Shown: one piece after another, positions 1-6,937 of the stretch | Numbering within the stretch: position 1 is the stretch's first letter | How the letters are laid out: each line of letters starts with the position of its first letter | From: Bdellovibrionales bacterium | Lineage (GTDB): Bacteria > Bdellovibrionota > Bdellovibrionia > Bdellovibrionales > Bdellovibrionaceae | Direction of reading: 5' to 3' | NCBI GenBank assembly: GCA_005793345.1 | Contig: SXSU01000092.1 | Location: forward strand, 111,316 to 135,315 | Length of the DNA: 24,000 nt | The notes under the pieces: model-generated | What the model was told of the DNA's origin: nothing | The model's input: only the letters and a program-made list of their open reading frames with translations | Databases searched by the model: none | Position numbers and translations under genes: made by a program

Positions 1-74
1 TATGATTCAGTCTGATTGCTGGCGCGATTATATGCGAGACAAAATCATGTGCCATTATATGAAAGAAAAATACG

Positions 75-797
75 ATGTTCAAAAAACTTTACATATCCTT
101 TTTAATTCTTAGTGTTCTTGCTGGTTTCATTTATATACTACAAATTGGATTGCAGGAAAAAACGATTTCGAAAATAAAATGGAGTCATTTTAATGATTCA
201 CGTGAAGTTGCAGAATCTATTGCTAACCGTTTACGTCAAGAAACAAAAGATCATCAAGTTATAATGTTTGGAGTCGACCCTGGTAACTTAAATCATCTTA
301 AAATTGTAAAAAGCTGGCTGGAGTTTAATAAAAGTCCTGGATGGAATATTGATTTAATTTACATAGAACCAGCACTTTCAGGAGGTAAAGAAATGTTTCC
401 CCAAGCGACTCCAATAGATATTCGTGAATTTGAGGATAAGACGGTGGGGTTATTGAATGATTTTTTTGAATCGAAAAAAAGAATTTTAATTATTGCTCCC
501 CATATTTACGTATCTCAATTTATAAAAGAAAATCCAGTGTCAAGAATACTAAAAAAATTAAAACCTGCTCAATCTCAATTGGTAATGGGCATAAGTTTGA
601 TTCCAATTTTGTCAGAGTCCTCTTTGACTTGCGTCTCTGCAGGTGTTGATTATACAGGTCAAAGTCCCTTGGGTTGTTTAGCACAAGAAAAATCTTTTTT
701 TTATCAAAAAAAGAAGTTTGAAAAAAATATGAGTGGAGCTTTAGATCAATATGGCTTAAATGATTATTTATTTTTCTTAAAAGGAAATCAAAACTAA
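75..797 (+). CDS. hypothetical membrane-anchored protein (240 aa)
   Basis: Intact ATG ORF from the track. N-terminal hydrophobic segment ISFLILSVLAGFIYIL looks like a signal anchor. No catalytic motif recognised. The next gene follows on the same strand after 32 nt. Confidence 0.55.
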   Translation: MFKKLYISFLILSVLAGFIYILQIGLQEKTISKIKWSHFNDSREVAESIANRLRQETKDHQVIMFGVDPGNLNHLKIVKSWLEFNKSPGWNIDLIYIEPALSGGKEMFPQATPIDIREFEDKTVGLLNDFFESKKRILIIAPHIYVSQFIKENPVSRILKKLKPAQSQLVMGISLIPILSESSLTCVSAGVDYTGQSPLGCLAQEKSFFYQKKKFEKNMSGALDQYGLNDYLFFLKGNQN

Positions 798-829
798 GGC
801 TAGAATTTTACTATTTTTTTAGGGGTGAA

Positions 830-2032
830 ATGAAATTTATAAATGCTTTCATAATTTTAATACTTAGTTATTTTTTATATGGTTTTTATTTATCATCATT
901 TAATGTTGATGTTTTTCCATCTCGGATTCATCATCAACATCCAGAGCCTTTTTATGACTATAAAGGTGTTACAAATGTTTATTCACAATTAAGTTTAGGT
1001 TCTGGTGATATAAAAGAAATTGTAACCGATGCAAAAGCAGCTAATTTAGATTTCATATTTATTACGGATTTAAATATTTTTGAAAATAACATTTTTGTAG
1101 ATGGATACCATGATAATTTACTATTATTAAGTGCTCAAAAATTTAGTTATCTTGATTCAAGACTTTTATTTTACTCATCCAAAAAAGTTTCGTTAGGGCA
1201 AAACTTAGGTGATTTAAACTTAAAAGTAACAGATTTGCTTTCACAAAATTCAGATTCTAATAAAGATTTTATTTTTATATTAACACACCCATTTATGAAG
1301 GGCTTTGGTTGGACGGGAGAGCTTCCAAACTCACTAGATGGTATTGAACTGATAAATTTTAAAAGAGTTCAACAAAAGCATTTTGAAGAAGAAAAGGCCG
1401 ATTCTTTTTTGAGTTTATTGATGTATCCATTTAATCCAGCGCTTGGATTTATTCGTTTATTTGATGAACCTGTTCAAGAACTGCAAATGTTGGATGCTCA
1501 ACAAAGTAAAAAATTTTTTACAGCTAGCCTGGGGCTTGAAGCAACAGCAAAGGCAGTCCCATTCACTGGCTCAACAATTCATTTTCCAAGTTATGAAACA
1601 ATATTTAGATTGGGAAGTCAGCATATTTTGTTGAGATCCGAACTAACAGGACAGGTTCAAAATGATAAGCAAAAAATTTTAAAAGCATTGAAATCCGGTG
1701 AGTACTATCTTTGTTTGGATGTACTAGGTAATCCAAAAGGATTTAATACATTTATTAAAACTGGAGAGCAAATTTTTTTAATGGGAAATGCTATTCCATT
1801 TAAAAGAAATTTGATTTTTAATTATCAATTACCAAAGCCTTTAGGAGATTTTGAGGTGATTGTTTATAAAGATGGAGCTGTATATAAGAAGTTCAGTCAA
1901 TCAAAACAAGATTTTCCAATTTTAGAAAAAGGTATTTATCGCTTAGAAGTTCGTCTTAAGTTAGGATTACCTTTCCCAATGAAAGCACGCTGGATACCTT
2001 GGATTTATACAAACTCATTTTATATTAATTAG
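830..2032 (+). CDS. hypothetical membrane-anchored protein with a degenerate PHP-like N-terminal region (400 aa)
   Basis: ATG preceded by AGGGGTGA (Shine-Dalgarno-like). N-terminal TM segment FIILILSYFLYGFYL. The segment HHQHPEP...NVYSQLSLGSGDIKEIVTDAKAANLDFIFITDLN follows the spacing of a PHP metallohydrolase N-terminus (HxH...S.DG...A...G...ITDH), but several His positions are substituted. Confidence 0.55.
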   Translation: MKFINAFIILILSYFLYGFYLSSFNVDVFPSRIHHQHPEPFYDYKGVTNVYSQLSLGSGDIKEIVTDAKAANLDFIFITDLNIFENNIFVDGYHDNLLLLSAQKFSYLDSRLLFYSSKKVSLGQNLGDLNLKVTDLLSQNSDSNKDFIFILTHPFMKGFGWTGELPNSLDGIELINFKRVQQKHFEEEKADSFLSLLMYPFNPALGFIRLFDEPVQELQMLDAQQSKKFFTASLGLEATAKAVPFTGSTIHFPSYETIFRLGSQHILLRSELTGQVQNDKQKILKALKSGEYYLCLDVLGNPKGFNTFIKTGEQIFLMGNAIPFKRNLIFNYQLPKPLGDFEVIVYKDGAVYKKFSQSKQDFPILEKGIYRLEVRLKLGLPFPMKARWIPWIYTNSFYIN

Positions 2033-2059
2033 TACCAATTCTTAGTCTAAAGTTAGATT

Positions 2060-2824
2060 TTAATCAGAAATTGGAAATTGAAAATCTACTTTTTTGCGAA
2101 ATAGTTTTTTAACTCGTATGCGCACTTCCTCATTTTCTTTTTGAATTTTTTCTTCTCGTGCAATTCTTTGATCGTGTAATGCACCAATTTTTTTTGCTAA
2201 ATTGTGATAAAAATTAGAAATCATTTCTATATTTGCAGGCTCCCTACTTTTTATACTTTGCTTGTAGTTTTGAACTAACTTTAAGTTTGAAGACTCAATT
2301 GTTGAAGTCAATAAATTCCACGTAAGTGCTGTAGGTATGCCCTCAGTATTTGATCCATTTGAATTGATAGGTCCAAACCAATTCATTGTTCCTGCGGGTA
2401 AAGAGTAATTTCCATTTTGAGGTTTATTGGGATTAATTGTAATTGAACCTTTTAATACAAAAACACTTGTTTTTGACTTTTCTTTATCTTGAGAAATTAT
2501 GATTTCACTTTCTGGTTGAATTATAAATTTACCGGCTATTGATTTAAATTTTGCGACATCTGTAGAAGTGGTCCATTTAATCGATCCTTTAATTATATTA
2601 TATTCTTGCAAATTTTGTCGATAAACCAAGGATTGGGAGCCAAACATTAGCGTATCATTTTTTGAAAGTTGCAACTGGGTACCAGATTTCTTAGAAATAA
2701 TTAAGCAGTCTTGATTTTTTTCTACAAGGCAATTTTGAGGAAATTGATAAAGCTCTAATGCTTTTACTTCAATATCAATTGCTGAAGCTAAGAAAAATAT
2801 AATTAGTTTTTTAAAGAAATTCAT
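2060..2824 (-). CDS. secreted or periplasmic protein, FecR-like beta-rich middle and charged C-terminal helix (254 aa)
   Basis: Track ORF 2060..2926 trimmed to the internal ATG at 2824. That start gives a signal-like N-terminus (MNFFKKLIIFFLASA) and sits 4 nt after the upstream gene stop. The longer form would overlap the upstream gene by about 98 nt. The stretch IKGSIKW...FKSIAGKFIIQPESEIIIS...SVFVLKGSITI resembles the FecR-domain pattern. The C-terminus is K/E/R-rich. Confidence 0.55.
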   Translation of the reverse strand: MNFFKKLIIFFLASAIDIEVKALELYQFPQNCLVEKNQDCLIISKKSGTQLQLSKNDTLMFGSQSLVYRQNLQEYNIIKGSIKWTTSTDVAKFKSIAGKFIIQPESEIIISQDKEKSKTSVFVLKGSITINPNKPQNGNYSLPAGTMNWFGPINSNGSNTEGIPTALTWNLLTSTIESSNLKLVQNYKQSIKSREPANIEMISNFYHNLAKKIGALHDQRIAREEKIQKENEEVRIRVKKLFRKKVDFQFPISD

Positions 2825-2828
2825 AAAA

Positions 2829-3509
2829 TCACTCCAAGCTTCTGAGCAATTTTTTGGTTTGATTTTGAATCTCAATATTTGAAGAGAATGCTTTTGAAGC
2901 CACAAGCCAAGTTTCTTTAGCTTCAAGAAAGCGATTTTTTTCTTTAAGTAACATGCCTACTCGAAGTAAAATCATCCCAGTTTTATCGCTTTCTGGAAAT
3001 AGCTCCATCATTTTTTGTGAAGTTTCGACACATAAATTTAACTCGTGGGTTTGATAATAACTTTCTGCTAAAATAAAATATAAATTTACTAAGTTTGGAG
3101 AAATAGGGTCAAGTGCAAGAATTTCATTCACAGAAGTTATGACCTGCCCATATTTTCTATCAGAAAACTCTTTCATAACCAAATCAATACGGGCATCAAT
3201 TTTAGAGTACTTAATGATATCAGGATTTTCTTTTGTAACAACACTTGCTAAGCTTCGTACCTGATAATCTTTTTTTAAGTCTGATTTAATATTCGGCAAT
3301 AGTGCTGCTACATTTTGTTGAAAAACTTGATATTTGTAAGTGAGTAAGTCTTGTTGCGCTTGGGATTTTAAAAGCGAAACTTTTAACTCATGATTGGCTT
3401 CAATATAATCTCGAGTATCACTGAAATACTCTCGAAACTTGTAGTACGACCATTGCCAAAAACTTAGCAAGGCCATCATAAAAATTAATAAGATTGAACC
3501 CTTTTTCAT
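2829..3509 (-). CDS. TPR protein, CpoB/YbgF-like (226 aa)
   Basis: N-terminal hydrophobic segment ILLIFMMALLSFW, then a heptad-like region. The C-terminal half (LDPISPNLVNLYFILAESYYQTHELNLCVETSQKMMELFPESDKTGMILLRVGMLLKEKNRFLEAKETW) matches the YbgF-type TPR pattern (P.S...A.y.lge.yy...A...f......P.S.k...all..g). Confidence 0.55.
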   Translation of the reverse strand: MKKGSILLIFMMALLSFWQWSYYKFREYFSDTRDYIEANHELKVSLLKSQAQQDLLTYKYQVFQQNVAALLPNIKSDLKKDYQVRSLASVVTKENPDIIKYSKIDARIDLVMKEFSDRKYGQVITSVNEILALDPISPNLVNLYFILAESYYQTHELNLCVETSQKMMELFPESDKTGMILLRVGMLLKEKNRFLEAKETWLVASKAFSSNIEIQNQTKKLLRSLE

Positions 3510-3631
3510 ATCTAATATATCGGCAAATCATGAAAAAACTAAAATAACTGCTTTTGATTAAATCTGATTGCTTATGAAACGTTCGTTCTGACTCAAAATA
3601 AGATTGAAAATATTTAGGCAAAACGCTGTTA

Positions 3632-4060
3632 GTGGTTTTATGGGCTAAAGTTTTGGGCTGGACTTCCGATAAGGTATTTGGATTATCTCGGTATCAAATG
3701 CCAATCTTAAAACAAGTGATTGGTGCCACGCAAACTTTTACATTGGCAGATTTTAATTTGCTGTCGATTTATGGTGGGGGCTTTGCAGGTTTAAAAATCT
3801 GGGAATCGGAATTTATTTCATGGATGCGATTGCAGTATCCAATTTCAGGAACAGGCGCAGCTAAACTTTCAAATGGTATTAGCTTTGATGGAGCCTTAAC
3901 ATACCTAAGCCCGTCAGCCTCAAAAAAATCGTATTGGGGATTGACGTGGGGAGGGCAGTATCATTCACTCAATTATAATATCCAAAGTGAAAATAATACT
4001 AATCGCACCTTCTCCATTTTTATTTCAAAAATGGATTTTATCTACGGCTACTCATTTTAA
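3632..4060 (+). CDS. outer-membrane beta-barrel-like fragment without a signal peptide (142 aa), possibly a gene remnant
   Basis: GTG-initiated ORF. It has alternating aromatic/Gly-rich beta-strand-like composition and ends ...FIYGYSF, a terminal aromatic-x-Phe typical of OM barrels. There is no N-terminal signal sequence. An ATG at 3530 (MKKLK) lies in the same frame but is separated from the ORF by four stop codons. Confidence 0.35.
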   Translation: MVLWAKVLGWTSDKVFGLSRYQMPILKQVIGATQTFTLADFNLLSIYGGGFAGLKIWESEFISWMRLQYPISGTGAAKLSNGISFDGALTYLSPSASKKSYWGLTWGGQYHSLNYNIQSENNTNRTFSIFISKMDFIYGYSF

Positions 4061-4064
4061 CATA

Positions 4065-4096
4065 CGAGTAAATTCATATTCATATGAATTTACTCG
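4065..4096 (+). terminator. perfect 14-bp stem / 4-nt loop hairpin just after the 3632..4060 ORF
   Basis: CGAGTAAATTCATA (4065-4078) pairs perfectly with TATGAATTTACTCG (4083-4096), loop TTCA. It starts 5 nt after the TAA stop. It is AT-rich and has no trailing T-tract, so terminator function is uncertain. Confidence 0.3.
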
Positions 4097-4260
4097 CGTG
4101 CTAACTTATAGTTAATCACAAGCAGGAAAATAACAGCTCATGATTTAGACGAAAGTCTGAATGACTCTCTCAAATGTAATCTTAGAGAGAAGGGGTAATA
4201 TCATATGACCAAACCTAGATATCTTAAATCTTGTATAGAAAAGGTATTTTTGGTCAACGT

Positions 4261-5697
4261 TTATTGTATAAGATCGTCAAATGAGATTATTTTATAGAAA
4301 TAATTGTTAATTATTTCTTCATCTTCAATATAGATTGTACCTTGGTAGATTAATATAGGCTTTAATGCAGATCTTTTTGGTATCGCAATCGCATCAATTT
4401 TTTGTTTTACTTCTTTTATAATTTCTTTTGTTATTATTTTTTTACATTTTATTTCACAAAGATAAAAGATATCTAATTTTGTATGTATCAACAAATCGAT
4501 TGCGCATCCTTTTTTGAATCGAGAGTTTTTCTTCTGGATATAGGGAGCTGATGAGTTTAGTTCGGTTTCTTTAATTTCGAGAACTTTATGAATTAAATCT
4601 TTATTTGCTAATATTAAGTTTTCAAACTGGTATCCAAGAATTTGTTCTATATTTTTTACTTCATTGAGATCATTAAATTTAATACCACCTTTTTCAATTT
4701 TACCTTTGAGAGGTTCAATTATTTTGAGGTAAAATCGAGTGTAGTTATCTTTTACGCGAATATGGCTTGATTTCATAACTTGGGATGTATCAGTTTTAAA
4801 ATAAAAATCTCTGCTAATAAATCCTGAAATTTCTAAAATATGTAGTGCCTCAGTAAGATCGCTATTGTGATCTATTTTTAGTTTTTTTGCTAAAGAGTTA
4901 GGAGTCAGTTTTTCGTCTAAACATAATCTAATAATTTTTTCCAAACCTTGTGATCTTCTTCTAAAAATATCTCTAAAAATTTTATCAAAATCTCTATATA
5001 GTATTCCTCCTTTATCAAAACAAATTTGAGCTAAACTTTTAGTGGATGCTTTTGATTTAACTATTTCTTCGAGGTATTTAGGAACTCCTCCTGTTATTGA
5101 TAAGGTAAGCATTTTTTCTAACGAACCCATATGAAAATTATTTTTGACCCAAAATTCATTGATTTCAGTTAATGAGAGCTCTTGTAAGTTAATATCAAGA
5201 GAGACTCGTCCTAAAAAATCAGTATTGTTTAAAATATTTTTTTCAATCCAAGCAGAAACTGATCCGCAGACTACAAGAATAAGTTGAGGGTTCTTTTTAA
5301 ATTTAGTATCCCATGCGGATTTTAATTTTGCAGCAAACAGTTTATCGCCGTTTCCTAGCCAAGAAATTTCATCTAGAAATATTAACCACTCTTTTTTATT
5401 TGTTAATTTTGCAAGGTAATCAAAAGCTTCATCCCAGTCACTTAATTTGGGCTGGGGAATTTTAAATTGTTCAGCTAATGAAATTGCAAAGTGTTGGAGT
5501 TGATCTTTAGCTGTCGATTCAGTTTCAGGCCCCAAACCTTGCACTTCAAAAAAATTCGAAAAAGATTTTGACCATTCTTCTATTAATGAACTTTTCCCAA
5601 TTCGTCTTCTGCCGAGCAGACAGACAAAACTAGCTGTTTTTTTATATTTTAAGTTATTTAATTGATTGAATTCAGTTTTTCTTCCAATAAATGACAT
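4261..5697 (-). CDS. AAA-type ATPase of the ATPase_2 (PF01637) + DUF234 architecture with a C-terminal PD-(D/E)xK-like motif (478 aa)
   Basis: Start moved to the internal ATG at 5697 (MSFIGRKTEFNQL, the usual N-terminus for this family) with GGGGAG just upstream. Walker A is LLGRRRIGKSSL and Walker B is LIFLDEISW. DUF234-like motifs are RFYLKIIEP and GYQFENLI. The C-terminal AIDLLI...LCEIKCK fits D...E-x-K. Confidence 0.8.
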   Translation of the reverse strand: MSFIGRKTEFNQLNNLKYKKTASFVCLLGRRRIGKSSLIEEWSKSFSNFFEVQGLGPETESTAKDQLQHFAISLAEQFKIPQPKLSDWDEAFDYLAKLTNKKEWLIFLDEISWLGNGDKLFAAKLKSAWDTKFKKNPQLILVVCGSVSAWIEKNILNNTDFLGRVSLDINLQELSLTEINEFWVKNNFHMGSLEKMLTLSITGGVPKYLEEIVKSKASTKSLAQICFDKGGILYRDFDKIFRDIFRRRSQGLEKIIRLCLDEKLTPNSLAKKLKIDHNSDLTEALHILEISGFISRDFYFKTDTSQVMKSSHIRVKDNYTRFYLKIIEPLKGKIEKGGIKFNDLNEVKNIEQILGYQFENLILANKDLIHKVLEIKETELNSSAPYIQKKNSRFKKGCAIDLLIHTKLDIFYLCEIKCKKIITKEIIKEVKQKIDAIAIPKRSALKPILIYQGTIYIEDEEIINNYFYKIISFDDLIQ

Positions 5698-5825
5698 AAA
5701 CTCCCCGCCAATACTACAAATGTACATTTAGCGGGTATATTTTGTCAATATACAAACTCCCCGCCAAATGTGCATTTATAGTATTAGCGGGGAGTTTATT
5801 ATTAATACAAACTCCCCGCCAAATG
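5694..5825. repeat. GC-rich repeat array in the tolR / ATPase intergenic region
   Basis: ATACAAACTCCCCGCCAAATG is perfectly repeated at 5750-5770 and 5805-5825. A 14-nt partial copy, AAACTCCCCGCCAA, lies at 5698-5711 and overlaps the ATPase ribosome-binding site. Inverted copies are GCGGGGAGTTT at 5787-5797 and a partial TTAGCGGG at 5728-5735. The arms 5754-5764 and 5787-5797 can form an 11-bp stem. Palindromes are AAATGTACATTT (5718-5729, perfect) and AAATGTGCATTT (5766-5777). Confidence 0.75.
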
Positions 5826-5829
5826 GAAA

Positions 5830-6246
5830 TTATTGATTAGATTCTTTGTCTACGCTAATTGCGAATTTTTTAATTCCGCCCTGTTTAACGGCATCCATTA
5901 CACTTACGACTTGTCCATGGGGGACCGCTTTATCTGCTTGGATGACGGCTTGAATTTCTGGATCTTTTTTAAATTCTTCGATAGCACGATTTTTAATTTG
6001 ATCTAAATCAGCAGGATTACCATTGAGTAAAGTCTTACCATCGCTTGAGATTGTCACATTAAATTGGGGTTTGCTTTCTGTTTTATCTGCACTTTGTACT
6101 TTTGGTAAGTTTACATTAATACTTGGTTTCATAATCATAGGAGCTGTGACCATGAATATAATCAATACAACAAGTATAATGTCAACTAAGGGTACTACGT
6201 TGATTTCTGCAAGGACCTCATCTTGATCACTATACTTTTGTGACAT
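5830..6246 (-). CDS. ExbD/TolR-family biopolymer transport protein (138 aa)
   Basis: The N-terminal AEINVVPLVDIILVVLIIFMV matches the ExbD/TolR signature (INvtPlvDVmLVLLiiF). Size is typical, and the gene sits 1 nt downstream of the TolQ/ExbB-like gene. Confidence 0.85.
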   Translation of the reverse strand: MSQKYSDQDEVLAEINVVPLVDIILVVLIIFMVTAPMIMKPSINVNLPKVQSADKTESKPQFNVTISSDGKTLLNGNPADLDQIKNRAIEEFKKDPEIQAVIQADKAVPHGQVVSVMDAVKQGGIKKFAISVDKESNQ

Positions 6247-6247
6247 T

Positions 6248-6877
6248 TTATAAACCTCTTTTTTTTGCTAATGCCAAACACAACTCTTTTACTAAATCTA
6301 AATTTAATAAAATACTTTTAACTTTTTTAAGAAAATAATTATAAGACATAACAGCGGGAATCGCTACAAATAGACCAGCGGCTGTTGCAACTAACGCAAG
6401 CGAAATACCAGCCATAACTGTTTGTTGTCCAGCTTCGGTGTTTTGGGCTAAATCATTAAACGCTTTCATAATTCCTAACACTGTACCAAGTAAACCAATA
6501 TAAGGTGCATTGGATCCAATTGTAGCAAGAAACCCTAGATGTTTTTCAAGTTCGGGTTTTTCAATTAATACCATTGAATTGAATACTTCTTCCAAACCTC
6601 TTGAGCCTGATTCTTTAATATGTTTTAAACCATAATTTACAGCTCGACCCTCTAAAGTTGTAATTTCTTTAGCTAGATCTTCAACTTCTTGAATGGACTG
6701 ACTTGAAATTGCTAATTTTAATTTGTACCTGATTTTATCACTTTCACTAGAAATTTTACGAAGGGTAAAGAAACGTTCTAGAATAAACCCAATGCTCAAA
6801 ATACTTAATGATATTAACAACCATAGTATTGCTTGGTCTGCGATTTGCGCAAATGCAAATATTTTTTCAGTTAACAT
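6248..6877 (-). CDS. MotA/TolQ/ExbB-family proton channel protein (209 aa)
   Basis: Three hydrophobic segments and the conserved PYIGLLGTVLGIMKAFNDL motif. It is tightly coupled to the downstream ExbD/TolR gene. Confidence 0.85.
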   Translation of the reverse strand: MLTEKIFAFAQIADQAILWLLISLSILSIGFILERFFTLRKISSESDKIRYKLKLAISSQSIQEVEDLAKEITTLEGRAVNYGLKHIKESGSRGLEEVFNSMVLIEKPELEKHLGFLATIGSNAPYIGLLGTVLGIMKAFNDLAQNTEAGQQTVMAGISLALVATAAGLFVAIPAVMSYNYFLKKVKSILLNLDLVKELCLALAKKRGL

Positions 6878-6937
6878 ATAAACTCCAAAGTGAGATTATT
6901 AATAAATATAGAGTTTCAGAATTTAAATCAAAAAGCA

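Noticed and set aside
2-112. Open frame at the left window edge (MIQSDCWRDYMRDKIMCHYMKEKYDVQKTLHILFNS*) that could be the 3' end of an upstream gene
   Set aside because: Only 36 codons are visible and there is no recognisable motif. It would overlap the 75..797 gene by 38 nt. It cannot be supported from this window alone.
3545-3631. Alternative genetic code (TGA or TAA read-through) as an explanation for the in-frame stops upstream of the OM-barrel fragment
   Set aside because: TAA, TAG and TGA all terminate well-supported genes here. For example, maf-yggS ends in TGA overlapping the proC GTG, and the ORF lengths fit their families under the standard code.
4140-4200. CTCTCT...AGAGAG 6-bp inverted repeat with a 13-nt loop as a small RNA or terminator downstream of the ATPase gene
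   Set aside because: The stem is short, the loop is large, and there is no T-tract on either strand. It does not stand out from chance.
4205-4300. 31-codon ORF (MTKPRYLKSCIEKVF...) with a GAAGGGG Shine-Dalgarno-like sequence upstream, in the spacer after the OM-barrel fragment
   Set aside because: It is very short, has no motif, and runs antisense into the 3' end of the ATPase gene. It could be a small protein, but sequence alone does not support it.
5694-5825. Possible mini-CRISPR array, given a 21-bp repeat with a 55-bp period
   Set aside because: There are only two full copies and one partial copy. Inverted copies are interspersed, the spacers share palindromes with each other, and there are no cas genes. 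I treated it as a regulatory or recombination repeat instead.
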